This document shows positions 1 through 6,366 of a stretch of DNA of 7,115 nt, piece after piece. A program made the translations under genes and the position numbers. The notes beneath the pieces are model-generated. The model was not told the DNA's origin, did no database searches, and saw only the letters and a program-made list of their open reading frames with translations. Position 1 is the first letter of the stretch; each line of letters begins with the position of its first letter. This DNA is from a virus (taxonomy: Duplodnaviria; Heunggongvirae; Uroviricota; Caudoviricetes), in IMG/VR virus record IMGVR_UViG_2728369593_000018. The stretch is one strand, 5' to 3'.

Positions 1-2
1 TG

Positions 3-311
3 AATGAAATTAAAGAAATACCAGTAGTACGTGATGAATATGGCTGCTGGACGCATCCTGAATATGAAAAATTCTGTGACGGTCGGGAATATATTTCAAC
101 GGAAGAGTTTAACGCCTGGATGGAGGAAAATAATCTTCAATACGTCCTCTGCTTCAGAGATGAAGGATGTGCTGACCTTGATGCGTGTGATGCTGATATT
201 TCTGCATGGGAACCGGAACGACCAGAGGGCAATGGATGGTTTATTGGTTCAATACATGACACCGAAGATGGCCCGGTTTGTGTATGGCTGAGAAATAAGG
301 TCGAAGCATAA
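3..311 (+). CDS. C-terminal portion of a phage hypothetical protein (5' partial; frame is open to the window start)
   Basis: Frame 3 translates without a stop from position 3 to the TAA at 309-311 (...WTHPEYEKFCDGREYISTEEFNAWMEENN...ISAWEPERPEGNGWFIGSIHD...). The acidic, W-rich, protein-like composition favours this frame over the overlapping 31..291 ORF. Loose resemblance to small DUF551-type phage proteins is from memory only. Confidence 0.45.
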   Translation, partial: NEIKEIPVVRDEYGCWTHPEYEKFCDGREYISTEEFNAWMEENNLQYVLCFRDEGCADLDACDADISAWEPERPEGNGWFIGSIHDTEDGPVCVWLRNKVEA

Positions 312-443
312 AGGCTATAAACCGACTAACAACTAAATACTGAAGATTTAAATCAGAAACGATTTTTATTAAATCCTTAACCGGAGGGATTCCTGCACCC
401 TCAAATCATCAGGAGGCCGCCCGAAAGGGCGGTGGAGATAATA

Positions 444-644
444 ATGGGAATAACTAAAGAACGATTGTTGGAAATAGCAAACCTTAGTGATTGGGCATTA
501 AGTGATGAGAGAATTGTTTCTCCTCATGCTTATGAGTCAGTTACAAGTATAGAAATAACAACAATGGCTAGAATGCTGCTTGGTTATTTCAAAATAGAAA
601 ATAAAAACAGATGGATAGTAATGTTGATATATGTGAGATTTTAG
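444..644 (+). CDS. small hypothetical protein (66 aa)
   Basis: ATG at 444 preceded by GGAG at 435-438; the ORF overlaps the start of the downstream Q-like gene by 34 nt. AT-rich, no recognisable motif, and analogous in position to small ORFs upstream of Q in DLP12-type phages. Confidence 0.3.
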   Translation: MGITKERLLEIANLSDWALSDERIVSPHAYESVTSIEITTMARMLLGYFKIENKNRWIVMLIYVRF

Positions 645-964
645 ACGATTGGGGGGCTTGGGTTGTGGCTGGTAATAGTTCTATTGATTGGCAGGAAATA
701 GCTGATAAATATAAAAATGTTGTTCCTCATGGTAAAAAATCACGTCGTCAGTGCAGCAATGATGAAGGGCGAATTATTGACATTAGTATCCTTAGGTTAG
801 AAAGATATAAGCAACAAGAATATGAGTTAATTGTTGCTCATTTCGTGATTGGTTTATCTCTTCGTGCTATTGCAAAGCAACAAGGATGTTCAGATGGAAC
901 AATTCGTAAAAGATTGCAAAAAGCCTTAGGTTTTTTGACTGGATATATAGCAATTACCAGTTAA
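611..964 (+). CDS. Q-family late-gene antiterminator homologue (QuuD / DLP12-type small Q), 117 aa
   Basis: The translation shares the motifs I recall from E. coli QuuD (127 aa): WGAW near the N-terminus, SRRQCSNDE against SRPQCCDDD, and LIVAHFVIGLSLRAIAKQQGCSDGTIRKRLQKALG against [35 protein letters not shown]. The gene is AT-rich like the surrounding cassette. Confidence 0.6.
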   Translation: MDSNVDICEILDDWGAWVVAGNSSIDWQEIADKYKNVVPHGKKSRRQCSNDEGRIIDISILRLERYKQQEYELIVAHFVIGLSLRAIAKQQGCSDGTIRKRLQKALGFLTGYIAITS

Positions 965-1602
965 GAGTCAGCGGTTTTTTTACCAGTGTAATGGTATAAG
1001 GATACTCCCATGTGTCTTACATGATATGGAAGCGCTGTTGCTGGATGCTTTGTGATACTCTTAAAGCGGAGGGGAGAGCCTTCCGCTTCAATTTCTGCGT
1101 CCGAAACGGTCGTAGAGAAAAATTCTTTCCATTCATTGAATTTTACTGCTGATTTGTCAGACTTTATATAAATTAGAATTCCTCCATGATCGTCACGTGA
1201 CGTACCCGTGCCGTAACGTTCGGTTAGCTGAATCCAGCCATTATGAATAGATTTGGGGCCTCTCCATAATTTTGCTTCACCGATCCATTCGAATTTTCCG
1301 AATTGATGTTTAACTAATAAATCAACGTGACCGCCATGTTGAGTATCATGTTCAACATCATAAAACCTACCTTTCAGGAAATTTTTGATCGACGCTGTTA
1401 GCTCGTCCTCTCCCCACTTAGCATCTTGATAGAAGTGTTTGTCATTTTCTAAATTCTGAATAGCGTCGTCTAAATCTTCATAGAGTTGCTTTACAAAAAT
1501 ATTTTTGTCTGCAGCTAATTTTCTTTGAACCATTCCCCTAAATTCAGGATCCATTCTAATTAATGATTGAAGGTCTGCAGTACAGATGTTTACATCACTC
1601 AT
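961..1602 (-). CDS. hypothetical protein, 213 aa; candidate PD-(D/E)xK-fold nuclease
   Basis: Long ORF in AT-rich DNA. Start chosen at the internal ATG (complement of 1600-1602), which follows GGAGAG on the minus strand. Protein segment ...YDVEHDTQHGGHVDLLVKHQFGKFEWIGEAKLW... has a hydrophobic strand ending in D followed about 15 residues later by E-x-K, the classic restriction-endonuclease-fold arrangement. Its stop overlaps the stop of the convergent Q-like gene (TTAA at 961-964). Confidence 0.6.
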   Translation of the reverse strand: MSDVNICTADLQSLIRMDPEFRGMVQRKLAADKNIFVKQLYEDLDDAIQNLENDKHFYQDAKWGEDELTASIKNFLKGRFYDVEHDTQHGGHVDLLVKHQFGKFEWIGEAKLWRGPKSIHNGWIQLTERYGTGTSRDDHGGILIYIKSDKSAVKFNEWKEFFSTTVSDAEIEAEGSPLRFKSITKHPATALPYHVRHMGVSLYHYTGKKTADS

Positions 1603-1815
1603 GCAGACTCTCCAAAAGACTCGAAGGAGTAAAGTATGGATAAAGATACTGGCTAAAATTATCAACCAATTCGCCAGTTTCTGGATGGTAAAAACTTCCT
1701 AGTGTCTAAAGCATAGGAAATAAGATCATCTTCAACTGGTATTGGTTCTTCCGTTAAATTATCAATGTATTGAAAATGCATATCCAATAGATGTGCTTTA
1801 TAGCTAGATAAATAA

Positions 1816-2025
1816 TCAAGTTGCTTTTATTAGCAGGATATAGTCATCTTTCGTATCAGTTAGATAGGTTAAACCATTGATAAGGGTTTTGTATGTAAAG
1901 TGATTGATATTTTTAGCATCTTTACTAACCAGAAAAAGAAAAAGATCACGACACACACTGCGAACAGGATCATTAAAATCCTGCTCTATTTGCGTGATAA
2001 TGTCGTGATATATACTCTTTTTCAT
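1816..2025 (-). CDS. hypothetical small protein (69 aa), possibly a remnant of a decayed gene
   Basis: ORF on the same strand as the flanking cassette genes. Its ATG overlaps the TGA of an upstream 40-codon ORF in ATGA fashion, and the RBS is weak (AGG). No recognisable motif. Confidence 0.3.
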   Translation of the reverse strand: MKKSIYHDIITQIEQDFNDPVRSVCRDLFLFLVSKDAKNINHFTYKTLINGLTYLTDTKDDYILLIKAT

Positions 2026-2334
2026 TTATGGCCTGATGATCTCGCTCTTCTTTTCTCTTCACAGGACTTAACAGAATCCAATATTTTTTCAACAATAAAT
2101 ATAATCGAATCAATGTTGTTACAGTTCTTCGCTAATTGCTTCATGCAACCTAATTCTAGGATTATCAAGCATTGTCCTTTTTCCTGGTATATTAACTCTA
2201 CTGATAAAATATGTGAAGAACTTTGTGGTAAATCCCAAATTTTTCCAACTTAAACTTTGTCAATATTGGGCTTGCGGACTCTCCACTATGATGGTAAACA
2301 TCTTGACGCAAACACTTTTGACTTGGTTTGAGTT

Positions 2335-3111
2335 TTAAAGAACTTGTATTGCCATCTGAGGTGATAAAAGATACATGAGAAATTCTGCCATCACTTTTTC
2401 GTAAAGATCTTGTATTGAACCAAATAATTCAAGAGGATTGTTTAAAATAACGCCAGCTTCTTTTTTTATAAATTTAGCCACAAGGTATTGTTGAGGCTGT
2501 GATTCACTTCTTGGAAGGATAGATAAATCAATCGTAAGAATTAATATTTTTTCTGCAGGCATTAGCATGATGGTATTAAAGCATTGCGTGACTTGGCGTG
2601 TTTTGCATTTTATTTCTCCACCATTAGCACGTAATTCCATACCCACATCGCTAAGATGTGTTGGGTCAAGCTCTATCACTTCAGTGTAATACGCTTTGGA
2701 TAAAAAAACAGCAGTGTCAATTTGTTTATCACGAATGATATCTTGACATAGTTCAGCAAAATGCAGCTCAGTATCAGCAACTAACAGCTCCTCTCTGGAT
2801 AAAGGAATTGGGTATTTTTCTGAGAAGGGGCTATTGTCCTTTTTCTGATTTGTGAAAATTGTTTGTAATTTTGCTACGTCTTCATCGGTGATTCTATAAA
2901 TAGAAAGTAATCGATTCCCGCTAAAAATTAAACCTTTCCAGAAATCGTCGATTCTGTCTTTTAGGTCGGGATTATGCTGAACTACACTATTTACACGTTC
3001 AATAAAAAGGGGTAATCCTTGGGCCGTTACACCCAGTGATGAACCAAGAAGCTTACGGGTGTTGCGCCAGCCAAAGCGTGAATTGATGTTTTTTACTGTT
3101 TGCTCAAGCAT
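2335..3111 (-). CDS. hypothetical protein, 258 aa, no family recognised
   Basis: Long ORF in AT-rich DNA. ATG at complement of 3109-3111 is preceded by AAGGA with 7-nt spacing on the minus strand; the track's 3117 start is an in-frame GTG two codons upstream. Leading gene of the minus-strand cassette. Confidence 0.7.
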   Translation of the reverse strand: MLEQTVKNINSRFGWRNTRKLLGSSLGVTAQGLPLFIERVNSVVQHNPDLKDRIDDFWKGLIFSGNRLLSIYRITDEDVAKLQTIFTNQKKDNSPFSEKYPIPLSREELLVADTELHFAELCQDIIRDKQIDTAVFLSKAYYTEVIELDPTHLSDVGMELRANGGEIKCKTRQVTQCFNTIMLMPAEKILILTIDLSILPRSESQPQQYLVAKFIKKEAGVILNNPLELFGSIQDLYEKVMAEFLMYLLSPQMAIQVL

Positions 3112-3164
3112 TAACACTTCCTTAATTTTCCCTTAACAATTTAGGGTGCTAAACTTTTTTGCGC

Positions 3165-3193
3165 AGTTTACATAAAAAAATGTGCGTACGCAA
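3165..3193 (-). promoter_or_regulatory. candidate sigma70 promoter for the 258-aa gene, overlapped by a perfect 10-bp palindrome TGCGTACGCA (putative operator)
   Basis: On the minus strand: TTGCGT, 17-nt spacer, TAAACT, about 45 nt upstream of the ATG. The palindrome at 3183-3192 overlaps the -35 element and extends as an imperfect inverted repeat. Confidence 0.3.
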
Positions 3194-3252
3194 AAACTAT
3201 CTAACATGAATGAGCTTTAACCGGGAAATTTGTATATGTTGTGAGCATAAAG

Positions 3253-3282
3253 TTGGCTGAGAAATCTAAAAACGGGTAGAAT
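3253..3282 (+). promoter_or_regulatory. candidate sigma70 promoter for the hok transcript
   Basis: TTGGCT (3253-3258), 18-nt spacer, TAGAAT (3277-3282). This would give a leader of roughly 170 nt before the hok ATG, consistent with the long structured leaders of hok mRNAs. Confidence 0.3.
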
Positions 3283-3459
3283 GACTGCGGGTGCTTGAGG
3301 TCTATCTGTCTCAGGCATGAACACCAAAAGGCAGATAGAGAAAAGCCCCAGTTAACATTACGCGTCGGCAAGACGACTTAACATTAATCTGAGGCCATAT
3401 CTATGCTCTACACACGTAGGTTAGCCTCTTACGTGCCGAAAGGCAAGGAGAAGCAGGCT

Positions 3460-3615
3460 ATGAAGCAGCAAAAGGCGATGTTAATCGCCCTGATCGTCAT
3501 CTGTTTAACCGTCATAATGACGGCACTGGTAACGAGGAAAGACCTCTGCGAGGTACGAATCCGAACCGGCCAGACGGAGGTCGCTGTCTTCACAGCTTAC
3601 GAACCTGAGGAGTAA
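3460..3615 (+). CDS. hokD: Hok/Gef-family type I toxin (HokD/RelF-like), 51 aa
   Basis: Translation MKQQKAMLIALIVICLTVIMTALVTRKDLCEVRIRTGQTEVAVFTAYEPEE is essentially the K-12 HokD sequence as I recall it (one conservative difference). AGGAG lies 9 nt upstream of the ATG and a rho-independent terminator follows. Confidence 0.9.
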   Translation: MKQQKAMLIALIVICLTVIMTALVTRKDLCEVRIRTGQTEVAVFTAYEPEE

Positions 3616-3682
3616 GAGACCAGGCGGGGGAGAATCCCTCGCCACCTCTGATGTGTCAGGCATCCTCAACGCACCCGCACTT

Positions 3683-3709
3683 AACCCGCTTCGGCGGGTT
3701 TTGTTTTTT
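3683..3709 (+). terminator. rho-independent terminator downstream of hok
   Basis: Stem AACCCGC / GCGGGTT with TTCG loop, followed by TTTTGTTTTTT. Confidence 0.6.
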
Positions 3710-3781
3710 CCTGGCATTCTGGTTTACAATTCGCACGCCAGCCTGAACAACTGGCACCTGCTGTGCCAGCAGAGACAACCG

Positions 3782-4060
3782 ATGGCGCACGATACCAAAT
3801 TACACAATTCTGATGATTCTGCCGTCTTTGCCAGCAGGCACGGGCGGCGTTCCCGCACTTTCAAATCTGACTGGTTCCAGCATCCCCCATGCACTGAAGA
3901 ACAGGCCGAGTGGCTAATTCAGTGCTACCGCAGACACGGATACGAGATTAAGAAAGCCCTCAGCCTCGATTATCGTCACTGGATAATCTCCGTCAGGCTT
4001 CCTTACTCCGAACGACCACCGCGTCCGTCCCGCACATTCCAGCAACGCATCTGGAGGTAA
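3782..4060 (+). CDS. small hypothetical protein (92 aa) in the position of rem between hokD and ydfU in Qin
   Basis: ORF MAHDTKLHNSDDSAVFASRHGRRSRTF...; the upstream part of the track ORF (from 3653) overlaps the hok terminator, so the internal ATG at 3782 is preferred. Its stop overlaps the RBS and GTG start of the next gene. Assignment rests on synteny; the sequence itself is not recognised. Confidence 0.45.
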   Translation: MAHDTKLHNSDDSAVFASRHGRRSRTFKSDWFQHPPCTEEQAEWLIQCYRRHGYEIKKALSLDYRHWIISVRLPYSERPPRPSRTFQQRIWR

Positions 4061-4061
4061 C

Positions 4062-5111
4062 GTGCGGGTATTACTTCGACCTGTTCTGGTACCGGAACTC
4101 GGGCTGGTGATCGTTAAGCCGGGCCGTGAATCCATGCCGGTATTCCACAATACCCGGGTACTGGTGGAGCCGGAACCGAAAAGCATGCGTAATCTGCCGT
4201 CCGGGGTCGTTCCTGCCGTTCGCCAGCCGCTGGCGGAGGATAAATCATTACTGCCATTTTTCAGCGACGAACGAGTGATTCGTGCTGCTGGTGGCGCTGG
4301 CGCATTGTCTGACTGGTTACTGCGCCATGTTAAATCCTGCCAGTGGCCACACGGTGATTATCACCACAGTGAAACCGTCATTCACCGTTATGGTACCGGC
4401 GCAATGGTGTTGTGCTGGCACTGCGACAACCAGCTGCGCGACCAGACCTCCGAATCACTCGGGCAACTTGCTCACCAAAACCTGTCTGCATGGATGATTG
4501 ACGTCATACGCCATGCAATGAATGGCTCGCAGGAACGGGAATTATCGCTGGCTGAATTATCCTGGTGGGCGGTCCGCAATCAGGTGGCGGACGCGCTACC
4601 GGAAGCGGTATTACGTCGTTCGCTGGGGTTGCGTGCGGAAAAAATCCGCTCAATGTACCGTGAAAGCGACATCGTACCGGGAGAGCAGACCGCCACCAGC
4701 ATACTGAAACAGCGCACAAAAAATCTTGCGCCGCTGCCTCACGCCTACCAGCAACAGAACCCACCACAGGAAAAGACGGTGGTCAGCATTGCCGTTGATC
4801 CTGAGTCTCCGGAATCTTTCATGAAACGACCTAAACGTCGCCGCTGGGTTAACGAGAAATACACACGCTGGGTGAAGACACAGCCGTGTGCGTGTTGTGG
4901 TAAGCCAGCCGACGATCCCCATCACCTGATTGGTCATGGTCAGGGCGGAATGGGGACAAAATCTCACGATATTTTCACGCTACCGCTGTGTCGGGAGCAT
5001 CACAACGAGCTTCATGCGGATCCGCTGGCGTTCGAAGAAAAGCATGGTTCTCAGGTTGATTTAATTTTTCGTTTTCTTGATCACGCCTTTGCAACTGGCG
5101 TGCTTGGGTAA
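4062..5111 (+). CDS. ydfU: DUF968-type phage protein with C-terminal HNH-like Cys/His motif (YdfU-like, NinG position)
   Basis: 349-aa ORF; GTG start at 4062 with GGAGG 4 nt upstream. C-terminal CACCGKPADDPHHLIGHGQGGMGTKSHDIFTLPLCREHHNELH resembles the Cys/His nuclease motif of NinG/DUF968 proteins. Lies between the Rem-position ORF and rusA, as in lambdoid nin regions. Confidence 0.75.
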   Translation: MRVLLRPVLVPELGLVIVKPGRESMPVFHNTRVLVEPEPKSMRNLPSGVVPAVRQPLAEDKSLLPFFSDERVIRAAGGAGALSDWLLRHVKSCQWPHGDYHHSETVIHRYGTGAMVLCWHCDNQLRDQTSESLGQLAHQNLSAWMIDVIRHAMNGSQERELSLAELSWWAVRNQVADALPEAVLRRSLGLRAEKIRSMYRESDIVPGEQTATSILKQRTKNLAPLPHAYQQQNPPQEKTVVSIAVDPESPESFMKRPKRRRWVNEKYTRWVKTQPCACCGKPADDPHHLIGHGQGGMGTKSHDIFTLPLCREHHNELHADPLAFEEKHGSQVDLIFRFLDHAFATGVLG

Positions 5112-5123
5112 AAGAGGTGACTG

Positions 5124-5483
5124 ATGCTCATAGATTTGGTTTTACCTTACCCGCCGACGGTGAACACTTACTGGCGACGCCGTGGCAGCACATATTTTGT
5201 ATCAAAAGTCGGTGAGCGTTATCGCCGTGATGTGGCGCTTATTGTTCGCCAGCAGCAACTGAAATTAAACCTGTCCGGAAGGCCGGCAATAGAAATTATT
5301 GCAGAGCCACCGGATAAGCGCCGTCGTGACCTGGACAATATCCTGAAGGCACCACTGGATGTACTGACGCATGCGGGGCTGCTCATAGACGACGAGCAGT
5401 TTGATGAAATTAATATTGTGCGCGGTCAGCTTGTTCCTGGTGGGCGGTTGGGGATAAAAATCACAGAACTGGAGTATGCATGA
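5124..5483 (+). CDS. rusA: RusA-family Holliday junction resolvase
   Basis: 119-aa ORF with AGAGG RBS; LPYPPTVNTYWRRRG and PDKRRRDLDNILKAPLDVL match the RusA signature as recalled (PDRRRRDLDNLQKA in E. coli RusA). Its stop overlaps the next ATG (ATGA). Confidence 0.9.
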   Translation: MLIDLVLPYPPTVNTYWRRRGSTYFVSKVGERYRRDVALIVRQQQLKLNLSGRPAIEIIAEPPDKRRRDLDNILKAPLDVLTHAGLLIDDEQFDEINIVRGQLVPGGRLGIKITELEYA

Positions 5484-6169
5484 ATAACCAGTATTTACAG
5501 TTTGTTCGTGAGCAACTCATGATTGCCACCGCCGATTTGAGTGGATCAACAAAAGGGCAGCTTGAGGCCTGGCAGGAGAATGCCATGTTTGATACAGGGC
5601 GTTACAGGCGTAAAAAAATCCGGTACCGCGATGAAGTGACTGGAAAAATGATAACGCGGGATAATCCACCAATCCCGGGAAAGCAATCGCTGGCGAAGGG
5701 GGCGTCAATTCCTCTCGTCAGTCCGGTTGAGTTTTTGACATCATCGTGGCGGCGGGCTGTTCTGTCTCTTGAAGAACATCATAAAGCCTGGTTGTTGTGG
5801 TGTTACAGCGGGAGTATTTGTTGGGAATATCAGATCGCGATAACACAGTGGGCGTGGAATGAATTTAATACTCAATCCGGTACCAGAAAAATTGCTGGGA
5901 AAACGCAGGAACGCCTGAAAAAATTAATCTGGCTGGCGGCGCAGGCAGTAAAAGCAGAACTTTTTGGTGGGGAAGGTTATGAATATCAGGAGCTGGCATT
6001 ACTGGCGGGAGTGACAACTAAAAACTGGTCCAAAACATTTACTCGTCACTGGGTTGCAATGAAACACATTTTTCACCGACTGGATAGTGAGGCTTTATTA
6101 TTTGTAATGAGAACACGTTCAAAACAAAAGGCGGCATTTTCAAAGCAAAGTGTTGCAAAAGTAGATTGA
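5480..6169 (+). CDS. putative late-gene antiterminator Q (large, phage-82 / QuuQ-like type), 229 aa
   Basis: Position immediately after rusA and immediately before a promoter, short leader, terminator and tRNA cluster, as for Q in Stx phages and in Qin (ydfU then quuQ). GGAG lies 5 nt upstream of the ATG. The call rests on synteny and size; the sequence is not recognised from memory. Confidence 0.5.
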   Translation: MNNQYLQFVREQLMIATADLSGSTKGQLEAWQENAMFDTGRYRRKKIRYRDEVTGKMITRDNPPIPGKQSLAKGASIPLVSPVEFLTSSWRRAVLSLEEHHKAWLLWCYSGSICWEYQIAITQWAWNEFNTQSGTRKIAGKTQERLKKLIWLAAQAVKAELFGGEGYEYQELALLAGVTTKNWSKTFTRHWVAMKHIFHRLDSEALLFVMRTRSKQKAAFSKQSVAKVD

Positions 6170-6181
6170 AAGGCATATATT
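6153..6181 (+). promoter_or_regulatory. pR'-like late promoter
   Basis: TTGCAA (6153-6158), 17-nt spacer, TATATT (6176-6181), overlapping the 3' end of the Q-position gene and about 55 nt upstream of a strong intrinsic terminator, like the lambdoid pR'/tR' arrangement. Confidence 0.4.
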
Positions 6182-6234
6182 TCATGCAAATCTGATATTT
6201 TGCCGATTTTGTACGTGATGGCAAAATCAAACAA

Positions 6235-6260
6235 AACCCGCCCACAAGCGGGTTTTTTTG
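6235..6260 (+). terminator. tR'-like rho-independent terminator
   Basis: Stem AACCCGC / GCGGGTT with CCACAA loop followed by seven T residues. Confidence 0.6.
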
Positions 6261-6326
6261 TGCCACTTATCTCGGATAGACATGGTGAATGCGCTGGTGG
6301 AGGAGATAAGGGTGATTTTTGTATGC

Positions 6327-6356
6327 TTGCAACATTGATTTTCGTAACGTTATTAT
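6327..6356 (+). promoter_or_regulatory. candidate promoter for the tRNA cluster
   Basis: TTGCAA (6327-6332), 18-nt spacer, TATTAT (6351-6356), about 10 nt upstream of the first tRNA. Confidence 0.3.
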
Positions 6357-6366
6357 CCTGCGCCCG

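Noticed and set aside
31-291. 86-aa ORF in frame 1 (MMNMAAGRILNM...), starting with GTG
   Set aside because: It overlaps the frame-3 reading frame that is open from the window start to 311 and has a more protein-like composition; the frame-1 ORF has no RBS and is more likely a shadow ORF.
1900-2253. 117-aa + strand ORF containing the peptide IFTNQKK, which also occurs in the 258-aa minus-strand protein
   Set aside because: The shared stretch is only 21 nt (17 of 21 identical), similarity does not extend on either side, and the ORF is low-complexity (KKKK, poly-I/L) in AT-rich DNA. Most likely a chance match and a spurious ORF.
3118-3459. Searched for relB/relE remnants upstream of hokD, as in the K-12 relBEF operon
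   Set aside because: No reading frame resembling the RelE C-terminus or RelB was found, and the interval is non-coding with promoter-like elements; relBE is considered absent rather than decayed.
3403-3615. 70-aa N-terminally extended hok ORF (start at 3403)
   Set aside because: No RBS precedes 3403, whereas AGGAG precedes the ATG at 3460, which yields the canonical 51-aa Hok. The extension is probably untranslated leader.
3653-4060. 135-aa version of the Rem-position ORF
   Set aside because: Its first third overlaps the hok terminator hairpin and T-run; the internal ATG at 3782 is the more plausible start.
3505-5708. Antisense and alternative-frame ORFs in the GC-rich block (3505..3717 -, 3914..4186 -, 4282..4497 +, 4504..4767 -, 4522..4707 +, 4650..4967 -, 5517..5708 -)
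   Set aside because: All lie within and opposite to (or out of frame with) the well-supported hokD, DUF968, rusA and Q-position genes. They are typical shadow ORFs of GC-richer coding DNA.
6266-6310. 8-bp inverted repeat CTTATCTC ... GAGATAAG with a 29-nt spacer between tR' and the tRNA promoter, vaguely similar to the inverted repeat in the hok leader
   Set aside because: Short repeats with long spacers occur readily by chance at this length; there is no flanking support for a functional site.
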